A DNA stretch of 30,941 bases from Cyanobacteria bacterium P01_A01_bin.123 (GTDB lineage: Bacteria; Cyanobacteriota; Cyanobacteriia; Phormidesmidales; Phormidesmidaceae), in contig JBCBZT010000069.1 in assembly GCA_039815185.1 (NCBI GenBank), forward strand, positions 1 to 30,941. Direction: 5' to 3'. Within the stretch, counting starts at the first letter, position 1; each line of letters begins with the position of its first letter. A program made the position numbers and the translations under genes. This document shows, piece by piece, positions 1-9,570 of the stretch. The notes below the pieces were generated by a model that did not search any database, was not told the origin of the DNA, and saw nothing but the letters and a program-made list of their open reading frames with translations.

Positions 1-590
1 AGCACAACGCTTAGCCGTTTGGCATGACGCAAATCGCTGAAATGGACCGGATTGATTTCTCAGCTCGCCCAATTTTGCATGGTGTTGATGGCTCTCACTC
101 AGTTTACTGGCACCAGTCTCTCGCAACCGTCTCCTCAAATGAACAACTAGCAATGCTTCTACATACTTTTGCGTAAGGGATAGCTTCACAAGGGGAGGAT
201 GGATGGGGTCTGATCTGCATTTTGGTTTTAGATGGAGAACTGGTATAGCTGTCCGTTCGGCTGCTATGGCCAAAGGTTTTTATAGCGCTGGCCAGATTGC
301 TTAATGCACCTAGTATCGCTGGGATGCTCAACACACAAGCAATCTGGCTCGCCGTAGCGCACAAAGCTTTGTGGCTACGGCTATAACTCATACACAATCC
401 CTATCTCTGGCGATCGCCAGGGATATTTTTTTGGCCGATCTCCTCTATCACTTATGACGGTCGCACACCAAACCCGCTGGCTTGTTTGCGGAACATCCCG
501 GCGATACCCACTGATACCTGTTGAGCAAACTGACCAAAACCATATAGGCATATAGCTCCCATGCATATAAGCAAAACAAATGCAAATAAA

Positions 591-620
591 TTGACAATTT
601 TGTAACAATCACGTTACATT
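591..620 (+). promoter_or_regulatory. Sigma70-type promoter of psb34 (-35 TTGACA 591-596, -10 TACATT 615-620)
   Basis: Perfect TTGACA, 18 bp spacer and TAcatT, ending 41 bp before the ATG at 662. A GGAGG Shine-Dalgarno lies at 649-653. Confidence 0.65.
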
Positions 621-630
621 AATTTACATA
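613..630 (+). promoter_or_regulatory. HLR1 (RpaB-binding) direct repeat
   Basis: GTTACATT-AA-TTTACATA matches the HLR1 consensus (G/T)TTACA(T/A)(T/A)-N2-(G/T)TTACA(T/A)(T/A) exactly and overlaps the -10 box. Confidence 0.75.
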
Positions 631-661
631 AAGAAACATAAACCCTTTGGAGGTTGCTTCC

Positions 662-832
662 ATGTACACCAAACAGCTCGATAACGGCGTTCTGAACAAC
701 TATGCAATGGAGCCCGCAATTTCTCTCGCATCCTATCCATCCCGCGAGCAGCAACGGCGGTATGCCCTACAGGGAGCTTGTGCAGCACTGTTGGTAACTG
801 TTTTGTTCGTGATTTCCTTTGCTGTGAGCTAG
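662..832 (+). CDS. psb34: Photosystem II assembly protein Psb34 (Ssl1498 family)
   Basis: 56 aa, MYT..DNGVLNNYAMEP....YPS.EQQRRYALQG followed by a single C-terminal transmembrane helix. GGAGG lies upstream of the ATG at 662. Confidence 0.85.
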   Translation: MYTKQLDNGVLNNYAMEPAISLASYPSREQQRRYALQGACAALLVTVLFVISFAVS

Positions 833-889
833 TCCCCTGATTGCTTTGCGCTTTGAATCCAGTCTTTATTATTCTTGGGAGAATCAATT

Positions 890-1087
890 ATGTTTGCACC
901 GTTGATCATGGTGATTCGGAATATTATGGGAACCCCCAAATTTAACAAGCTTCGGGGGCAGGCCATTGCGCTTCATTCCAAGACGATTACCCGGTTCTGC
1001 AATCGCTTTGGTATTTCCAGCAAAGAACGTCAAGCTTTTATCCGCACAGCACGGGATAACGGTAAGCAACTCGGCTTTTTGATTTAA
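890..1087 (+). CDS. Small basic conserved cyanobacterial hypothetical protein
   Basis: 65 aa MFAP..R..MG..KFNKLRGQAIALHS..IT.FC...G....RQ..IR.A..NGK.LG, recognised as a conserved cyanobacterial family. GGAG lies upstream. Confidence 0.75.
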   Translation: MFAPLIMVIRNIMGTPKFNKLRGQAIALHSKTITRFCNRFGISSKERQAFIRTARDNGKQLGFLI

Positions 1088-1128
1088 ACCACATTCGATC
1101 TAATTGATTTAAACCGCATTCGATCTAA
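1079..1128 (+). repeat. 25 bp tandem duplication matching the end of the ~92 bp dispersed element
   Basis: TTGATTTAAACCACATTCGATCTAA (1079-1103) and TTGATTTAAACCGCATTCGATCTAA (1104-1128) differ by 1 base. Both resemble TTTAAACCACATCCGATTTGA at 7484. Confidence 0.85.
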
Positions 1129-1177
1129 AGTCTTGGTTTCTGCCCATTGCCAGCTTGTAAGATGAACAGCGAAGCCC

Positions 1178-1738
1178 CTAATCCTGCCTTGGATTGGGGG
1201 CTTTTGACATGAGATGCGATCGCCCAAAGGTCAGTCTGCCTTCGTGGAAGTATTCGATACACCAGTCTGCGTCGGGATCAAACAGCCAGGTATCCCAAAA
1301 TTCTTGGGAGAAGATTTCGCCAGCGTGGTCGGCGGCATGGCTGAGGCGGAGCTTGAAGTCGGGGACGTGGGCGTTGGCGGCAACGATAATCACATCGGGA
1401 TTGCCTAAATGGTGGTGAGCGATCCAGTTGTGGATGAGGGTGGTGATGCTGGGGCTATCGGTGAAGGCGTCAGCGGGTTGGCTTTGGGTGTGGGTTGCGG
1501 GTGTCCAGTCGATTAGGCCGTAGCTGTGAAATGAAAAGTGCTGGGTGAGCCAATCAACGCACTGGGAAGGGTGATGTAGGTCGTTAGGGGTGGTGGGATA
1601 GACGACTTTGTAGGGAATGGCGGCGGCTTTGAAGTATTGGAACAGGGCTGAGCGGGTGGCTAAGATTTGGTCGAATTGGCGTTGGCGTTTGGCGGCGTTG
1701 CGTCGGTGGATGAGGCGGTGTCTTTTTTGAGGATCCAC
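1178..1738 (-). CDS. Hypothetical protein, possibly CdiI/polymorphic-toxin immunity-like
   Basis: Open frame with start either GTG 1738 or TTG 1774, the latter overlapping the NACHT stop. The C-terminal WDTWLFDPDADWCIEYFHEGRLTFG resembles CDI immunity-type proteins, from memory. Confidence 0.6.
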   Translation of the reverse strand: MDPQKRHRLIHRRNAAKRQRQFDQILATRSALFQYFKAAAIPYKVVYPTTPNDLHHPSQCVDWLTQHFSFHSYGLIDWTPATHTQSQPADAFTDSPSITTLIHNWIAHHHLGNPDVIIVAANAHVPDFKLRLSHAADHAGEIFSQEFWDTWLFDPDADWCIEYFHEGRLTFGRSHLMSKAPNPRQD

Positions 1739-1745
1739 AGTGAGA

Positions 1746-1770
1746 ATTTTGGATTTTGGATTGTAGATTT

Positions 1771-1780
<10 letters not shown>
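1746..1780. repeat. Degenerate heptamer tandem repeat (STRR-like)
   Basis: ATTTTGG ATTTTGG ATTGTAG ATTTTCA ATTTTGT, spanning the NACHT stop codon. Confidence 0.6.
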
Positions 1781-4104
<2,324 letters not shown>

Positions 4105-4377
4105 AGCGGTGGCATTGCGACAGGTTCATCCCAGTGTAACCGCCACAATAGGATAGGATGAGTGGTTTCCTGGTACCGCGTGGAAGCAAGCCAACTCTCT
4201 AAATTCGCTAGCCCTGGGCATAGCTGCAGTATGTGTTCAGAAATGAAAGGTCTATTTCCTCCAGGCGTTACAGTTAGAGAGAATGGAGGAAGCCAAGCGT
4301 CAATGGGATATCGCCAGCGGTGACGCCAACTGCAACATCAAAATCGCCGTCAATGCGAATTTCTATCCAAAGCTTGA

Positions 4378-4680
4378 ATGACAACCACAGTCCCCTCAAT
4401 CAACGGCATCTTGATTCGCTTGCCAGATGAGCGATGGCAACACATCATTCAGCGCCATATTGAACTCACGGATCAAAAGGTTCTGCTGTTGCAAACAATT
4501 TCAACTCCAACCCGTATCCTGGCAGGTAATGACGGCGCATGTATGGCTATTCAAGAAACACAGCCTGGGAAATATTTAGTCGTCATCTACAAAGAAGAGC
4601 AAGCGGATGGTTTTGTGATTACCGCCTTTTTAACTCGAAAAATCAATGCCCTGAACCGGAGGCAACAGTTATGGCCTTAG
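4378..4680 (+). CDS. Putative RelE/BECR-fold (DUF4258/PBECR-like) toxin
   Basis: 100 aa with IRL.DERW.HI..RH and KYLVVIYKE...DGFVITAFLT. Overlaps the downstream DUF2283 gene by 10 bp. Confidence 0.75.
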   Translation: MTTTVPSINGILIRLPDERWQHIIQRHIELTDQKVLLLQTISTPTRILAGNDGACMAIQETQPGKYLVVIYKEEQADGFVITAFLTRKINALNRRQQLWP

Positions 4681-4913
4681 CCAATTACCAAGAAGCGCAG
4701 ACCTACTTGAAGTTTCTTCCTTTGCTTCACGATTTACCCAAGCAACCCTTCTTCATTGTTTATGATGCCGAAGCCGATGTCCTCTACATTGATTTCAGCA
4801 ATCCCCCCCAGTCAGCCGAAGACAGTGAACTCACCGACGACAACATCGTCATTCGCTACGACGATGCCGAATCGATTGTCGGATTAACGATCCTGGATGC
4901 CAGCCAACGCTAA
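4671..4913 (+). CDS. DUF2283 domain protein, putative antitoxin
   Basis: 80 aa acidic protein with YDAEADVLYI.F....A..S......IVIRYD....IVGLTIL.AS. GGAGG lies upstream of the ATG at 4671. Confidence 0.85.
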   Translation: MALANYQEAQTYLKFLPLLHDLPKQPFFIVYDAEADVLYIDFSNPPQSAEDSELTDDNIVIRYDDAESIVGLTILDASQR

Positions 4914-4927
4914 GAGCTTTAACAGCC

Positions 4928-5089
4928 GATCCCTCGCTGTTGCCGCCCCCTTGAGGAAAGGGGGCTCTTCCAATCCTAGATTTGTTTGGTACGCCCCCCT
5001 TTCCTCAAGGGGTGGAGGGGGGATCAGGACATGCCAACCCCAGATTTGTTTTGTCTGCTTCCCTTGTTTCAAGAGCGTTAGGGGGAATC
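4928..5089. repeat. Cluster of three CCCCCTT-n-AAGGGGG palindromic units (REP-like), 3' of the DUF559 gene
   Basis: Unit A 4928-4965, inverted unit B 4993-5025 and decayed unit C 5057-5089. The stretches 4970-5025 and 5034-5089 are ~56 bp imperfect direct repeats. Confidence 0.85.
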
Positions 5090-5450
5090 AAACTCCGAAG
5101 CACCCACAAACGCTATCAAACTCCATCAGAATCTGCTCATTGGTGAAACGAACTACCGTTAAGCCGTAACCCTCTAAAACACTTGTCCGCTCTGCATCTC
5201 GTGTCTGCCCTTCTAATGAAAAATGGCTTTCTCCATCTACTTCAATCACTAGCTGCAGTGCTGCACAATAAAAATCTACAATAAAATGATCGATAGGGCG
5301 CTGCCGCATAACTCGAAACGGAAAATGACGCAAAAATTGTTTCCACAGCTTCTGCTCCGCTGGTGTCATATTTTGGCGTAGATGTCTTGCCCGCTCTTTC
5401 AAAGCAGGATTGTAAGGCAGATAAAGAGGTGAGTGCTTGAGATACCGCAT
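5088..5450 (-). CDS. DUF559 (Vsr-like PD-(D/E)xK) endonuclease domain protein
   Basis: LKERAR.LRQNMTPAE.KLW...RQRPI..FIVDFYC....LVIEVDGESH......RD.ERT..L...GL.V.RFTN. GAGGAG lies 4 nt before the ATG at 5450; an alternative ATG is at 5462. Confidence 0.92.
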   Translation of the reverse strand: MRYLKHSPLYLPYNPALKERARHLRQNMTPAEQKLWKQFLRHFPFRVMRQRPIDHFIVDFYCAALQLVIEVDGESHFSLEGQTRDAERTSVLEGYGLTVVRFTNEQILMEFDSVCGCFGV

Positions 5451-5517
5451 CGAACTCCTCATCTCCTTCTGGGCTATCTCAATTCTTCAAAACTGAACTA
5501 TGTTTAGAGACTCGCAA

Positions 5518-5605
5518 GATCCCCCCTTTCCCCCTCAAAAAGAGGGCAAGACCCATCCCAGTTGGGATAGCCCCCTTTGTAAGGGGGCGGCGACAGCGGG
5601 GGATC
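5518..5605. repeat. Inverted doublet of the same palindromic unit, 5' of the DUF559 gene
   Basis: Unit D 5518-5547, central palindrome ATCCCAGTTGGGAT 5555-5568, and unit E 5570-5605. Unit E is a close reverse complement of unit A. Confidence 0.85.
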
Positions 5606-5709
5606 TTCAATATCTGTCGCCGCATTTTTAAGATGCGATATGAGAAGGGGGCGCTGACATTTTGACTGGAATTAGATTGCCCGCTTGATCGTCAATATCA
5701 CTAATTGCC

Positions 5710-6582
5710 CTAACCCGTGTTCGATGACGATCGCCCCGAGATAACCGTCGCTGCCACCGTCACCCCCACAATCAACCCACCCCCCAAAACCGTTCGTAAA
5801 TTCAGTGGTTCCTCTAAAAGCACAACGGCCAGGGCAATGCCATAGACAGGTTCCAAGCCGCTAATCACACTGGCAACCTGGGCCCGAATGCGTTGAAGAC
5901 TGGCAATAAACAACGTATGGGCCAACGCAGTGCAGGCAATCCCCAAGACCCCCAACAGGCCCCAATCTCGAATTGAAAGTCCCAGGATTGGTGCAGTGCC
6001 CAATGGCAAAAGGCAAAGACAGGCGATCGCATTTTGATAAAACGCCATGCCCTCAGGGCTGTAGCGCTGCACATAACCCCGATTAAACAAATTCAACACC
6101 GCAAACGAGAGACCAGACAGCAATCCCCAAATAGCCCCCTGCACCGCCCGATCGGCAAGATCATAGCTGGGAACCACGAGGGCGACGCCGATCAGAATCG
6201 CGATCGCGCTCAACCCATCCCGCCACCGCAGCGGGCTCTTAAACCACCAGGGTTCCAACACCGTGACAAACATTGGGAAGCTCGAAAACGTCAGCAGCCC
6301 AATCGCCACCGTCGAAATCTGAATCGCGTGGAAAAAAGCCACCCAGTGGAACGCCAACAGTGCGCCTAAGAGCAAGAGCCCCGCCAAATCCCGACGGTTT
6401 TGGGGCCAGATAGACTGCCGTCGGTAAGCGAGAAATCCCCAGAGGGCTAGACTGGCAAAGCCCGTGCGGCCCAGCACAATCGTGGTCGCAGGCACGGCTA
6501 GGAATTTGCCAAACAGCCCCGCCAGTCCAAACAAGAAAACCGCGAGGTGGACTTGCAGCAGCGATCGCTTCGCATCCGTCAT
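5710..6582 (-). CDS. DMT/EamA family transporter
   Basis: 290 aa, about 10 transmembrane segments, two EamA repeats, LEPVYGIALA..LL.E motif. Confidence 0.92.
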   Translation of the reverse strand: MTDAKRSLLQVHLAVFLFGLAGLFGKFLAVPATTIVLGRTGFASLALWGFLAYRRQSIWPQNRRDLAGLLLLGALLAFHWVAFFHAIQISTVAIGLLTFSSFPMFVTVLEPWWFKSPLRWRDGLSAIAILIGVALVVPSYDLADRAVQGAIWGLLSGLSFAVLNLFNRGYVQRYSPEGMAFYQNAIACLCLLPLGTAPILGLSIRDWGLLGVLGIACTALAHTLFIASLQRIRAQVASVISGLEPVYGIALAVVLLEEPLNLRTVLGGGLIVGVTVAATVISGRSSSNTG

Positions 6583-6793
6583 CGCGATCTTGACTCCCCC
6601 ATAGGCCAGAAATGTAGGCTAGAGGCCAGAACTTTTTCACAGCGATCTCTAAGCCATCCTTAATTTAGTTCAAGTACTCCTAAGCGATCTCTCATCTAGC
6701 CCAAGATGGTCAAGTCTATGATCCCCAAAGAAGGGGGTAAATACGGAGCGCCGTGTTTATCCGTTGTGCAAAGTATGAGTCATCGGTGAGGCT

Positions 6794-7471
6794 ATGATGA
6801 ACCTGCAGAATCCCATACGAGTATTGCTAGTCGACGATGAAGAGATCGTGCGTTATGGGCTCAGTGCTATTCTTCGATGTGAACCCCTGGTGACAGTCGT
6901 GGGTGAAGCGTGTGATGGTCAAGCGGCGATCGCCCAAGCCCAAGCCTTACAGCCCGACGTCATCTTAATGGACATTAGTATGCCCGGCATAGATGGCTTA
7001 ACGGCAACTCAAGAAATTTATCAAGCTCAACCCCAGATCAATATCCTCATCTTAACCACCCACGATGATGACGAATATCTAGCTGAAGCTATGCAGCACG
7101 GTGCAGTGGGATACTTGCTGAAAAATACCCCTCCCGAAGACTTTATTCAGATTATTCAGGCGACGCACAAAGGCTATATTCAATTTAGTCCATGCCTAGG
7201 TCAAAAACTATGTCAGCATCTCAAACTCCCGACACCTGAAACGACCAAAAGGGATTTTGAGAACGTCACACCGCGAGAGCAAGAAGTGCTTCACCTGATC
7301 GCTGAAGGCGCGAGTAATCGAGAAATTGCCCAGAGACTTCACATCACAGAAAAGACGGTTAAAAATCACGTCAGCAATATTCTAAATCGAGTCAATTTAC
7401 GCGATCGCACACAACTGGCCATTTGGGTCAATACAGCAAAAATAGAAGCGCCTTGCGCCCTATCAGCCTAG
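6794..7471 (+). CDS. NarL/FixJ (LuxR-HTH) response regulator
   Basis: Receiver domain VLLVDD...PDVILMDISMP..DGL...GYLLK. HTH domain TPREQEVL.LIA.G.SNREIA..L.ITEKTVKNHVSNIL. Confidence 0.95.
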   Translation: MMNLQNPIRVLLVDDEEIVRYGLSAILRCEPLVTVVGEACDGQAAIAQAQALQPDVILMDISMPGIDGLTATQEIYQAQPQINILILTTHDDDEYLAEAMQHGAVGYLLKNTPPEDFIQIIQATHKGYIQFSPCLGQKLCQHLKLPTPETTKRDFENVTPREQEVLHLIAEGASNREIAQRLHITEKTVKNHVSNILNRVNLRDRTQLAIWVNTAKIEAPCALSA

Positions 7472-7483
7472 CGGGATTGTCGC

Positions 7484-7577
7484 TTTAAACCACATCCGAT
7501 TTGAAACCTTAAAGTAGGGGCGAGAGGCCTCTCGCCCCTGCGAAGAAAAACTGTGGATCTGGATGTGGGCGCGGTTT
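7484..7577 (+). mobile_element. ~94 bp MITE/REP-like element, copy 1
   Basis: Central GTAG-tagged palindrome GTAGGGGCGAGAGGCCTCTCGCCCCTGC (7514-7541). Imperfect terminal inverted repeats AAACCACATCCGAT ... ATCTGGATGTGGGCGCGGTTT. A second copy lies at 15586-15676. Confidence 0.8.
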
Positions 7578-7597
7578 GATATACAACAAGAAGAACT

Positions 7598-9334
7598 ATG
7601 AATTCGTGGAATCTTGGTGCGAAATTTAGTTTGCTTTTAGCCCTTGTTTGGTTCTTAGGGAGTGGTGTTACGGTATTTGGTCTCTCAAAACATCTTAATG
7701 ATCAGGCTGAACAAGCCGTCGAAGAACGGGCAGAGATTTTGCTGTCTACGATGAAGGCCGCCCGCAACTACACTCGCTACAATATCCAACCGCTGCTGGA
7801 AAGGAGTTCAGACCTCAAGAACGACTTTATGCAGGAGGGCATTCCTAATTTTGCAGCGCGAACGATTTTTTCAAACTTTCAGCAGCAAGATCCTGATTTT
7901 CAAGATTTTTTTTATAAAGAAGCGGCGCCCAATCCCACTAATGCATCTGATCGAGTGGATGATTTTGAGACCCAACTTTTTAGTCAGCTCCAGTCGATGA
8001 CAACAGCTCAGTCTGAAATTCTATCGGGTTACCGGACCCTTAACGGCAAAAAAACATTTTATTTAGCCCAGCCGCTGATTATGACGGATGCCAGTTGTCT
8101 AGCCTGTCACGGTAATCCCAGTGATGCGCCTGAACGTTTGATCGAGGTCTATGGCGATCAAAATGGGTTTGGCTGGCAGCTCAATGATGTTGTGGCCGCT
8201 CAAATGATTTATGTGCCAGCAGACACTATCTTTGCTCGCGGACGTCAAAACCTAGTCACGGTCACAAAAACCCTCCTGGGTATTTTTGGAGCCCTTTTCA
8301 TCATCATCAATCTTCTGCTCTGGCGAACAGTCATTAAACCCCTCAAAATACTCACCAATACAGCCAAAAATATTAGCAGTTGTTCAATCAATCAACCCCA
8401 GAATTTGACGCTCAAGAATCAAGCATTAGAGGCCTTAACAACTCGGCAAGATGAGCCCGGACAGCTTGCCCGGGCATTTGATTATATGATTCACGTGCTG
8501 GGTCGGCGAGAGCAAGATCTGCAACAGGCTATTCAGGCGCGAACCAAAGCGCTAGAGCAAGAGATGGGCGATCGCCAGGCGGCCCAAGACGCCCTACAAA
8601 CCTATTCTCGCACCATCAACCATGACTTACGCAATTTAGTCATGGGCATTTCTAGTCTGATTCAGGGCATCCTATTGCGCTCGTCTAGAACAGACCCGTC
8701 AGTTGCCCCAAGCCATGGGAAAGACAGTGCCGAAAGTATTGAAATAGAACCGAAAGCACTGGTGATGATTCAGAAAAGCTGCGATCGCCAGCTTCAGCTC
8801 ATGAGTTCTTTGATGGACGTTAATGCTTCAGATATTTGGCAAATGGCGCTACAGTTTGAAGCCGTTAATCTGAGCCAGTTGATCAAAGAATTGCAAATTA
8901 ATTATGGCCCTAAACTGTTTGCATCAGTCGCAACGCTAGAAAATCGAGTTAATTCTGAATTGCCCCTGATTCAAGCAGATCCCAGTCAGCTACAACGCGT
9001 ATTTGAAAATTTGATTGATAACGCCCTAAAACATAATCCAGGCGGAGAAGTTGCCATCAGTTTAGGGGCAGATATTTGTGCAGGCGATCGCATGATGATG
9101 CGCTGTACAGTTGCTGATGATGGCATCGGTGTCAATCTTGAAAAAAGCCGGGAGCTGTTTAAGATGAATACCCGGGGCCAGGCGAGTCATCAAACCTCAG
9201 GGTATGGCCTAGGGCTCTACATTTGTCGAAAAATTGTGGAGGCCCACGGGGGCAATATCGGTGTCGCCATTTCCCCCATGGGAGGGGCAGAATTTTGGTT
9301 TACATTACCGTTATTTTTGGGCTTGGCTGGGTGA
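7598..9334 (+). CDS. Sensor histidine kinase with periplasmic heme-c (DUF3365/Tll0287-like) domain and HAMP
   Basis: Two transmembrane segments, YKEAA.NPTN..D motif, CLACHG heme motif, HAMP DEPGQLARAF, H-box HDLRN, N-box ENLIDNALKH, G1 DDGIG, G2 GYGLGL. Confidence 0.9.
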   Translation: MNSWNLGAKFSLLLALVWFLGSGVTVFGLSKHLNDQAEQAVEERAEILLSTMKAARNYTRYNIQPLLERSSDLKNDFMQEGIPNFAARTIFSNFQQQDPDFQDFFYKEAAPNPTNASDRVDDFETQLFSQLQSMTTAQSEILSGYRTLNGKKTFYLAQPLIMTDASCLACHGNPSDAPERLIEVYGDQNGFGWQLNDVVAAQMIYVPADTIFARGRQNLVTVTKTLLGIFGALFIIINLLLWRTVIKPLKILTNTAKNISSCSINQPQNLTLKNQALEALTTRQDEPGQLARAFDYMIHVLGRREQDLQQAIQARTKALEQEMGDRQAAQDALQTYSRTINHDLRNLVMGISSLIQGILLRSSRTDPSVAPSHGKDSAESIEIEPKALVMIQKSCDRQLQLMSSLMDVNASDIWQMALQFEAVNLSQLIKELQINYGPKLFASVATLENRVNSELPLIQADPSQLQRVFENLIDNALKHNPGGEVAISLGADICAGDRMMMRCTVADDGIGVNLEKSRELFKMNTRGQASHQTSGYGLGLYICRKIVEAHGGNIGVAISPMGGAEFWFTLPLFLGLAG

Positions 9335-9445
9335 GTTGTGCTAACTGATTGGTCAATCCGCTTACGCATGGGCTAACCCGTTGAGTGAACAAAAGCTAAC
9401 GTCAGTAGTGCCATCCTATCTCAAACGAAATGATTACCTGCCTTT

Positions 9446-9468
9446 TTCCTAGGCTCTGCCTATGGGAA
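9446..9468. terminator. Imperfect hairpin between the convergent kinase and HerA-like genes (possible terminator or decayed REP)
   Basis: TTCCTAGGC-TCT-GCCTATGGGAA. Confidence 0.3.
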
Positions 9469-9570
9469 CCTTCTTGGTGTCTTTGACTCCAGCTCATAGG
9501 CCACTGGGTACAGGGAATCATTCCTTGGTTCAGCCATGCCAAATCTGAGAATCGAGGCGATTGAAAGGCC

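Noticed and set aside
1..608. ORFs 104-397 and 381-608 (-) and an open - frame running from 279 off the left edge
   Set aside because: No recognisable motifs. They could be non-coding or the start of a gene outside the window, and I cannot support a call.
602..617. Apparent NtcA box GTA...TAC
   Set aside because: The spacer is 10 nt, not 8. HLR1 half sites explain it better.
1079..1128. Mini-CRISPR interpretation of the 25 bp repeat
   Set aside because: The copies are directly adjacent with no spacer.
4539..4670. N-terminal extension of the DUF2283 ORF
   Set aside because: It overlaps the toxin gene. The ATG at 4671 has a GGAGG and fits the domain start.
4884..5169. ORFs 4884-5072 and 4897-5169
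   Set aside because: These are translations of the palindromic repeats (PPFLKG, PLRKGG).
4928..5605. CRISPR array interpretation of the repeats
   Set aside because: Units alternate in orientation and are divergent, the spacers are related to each other, and there are no cas genes.
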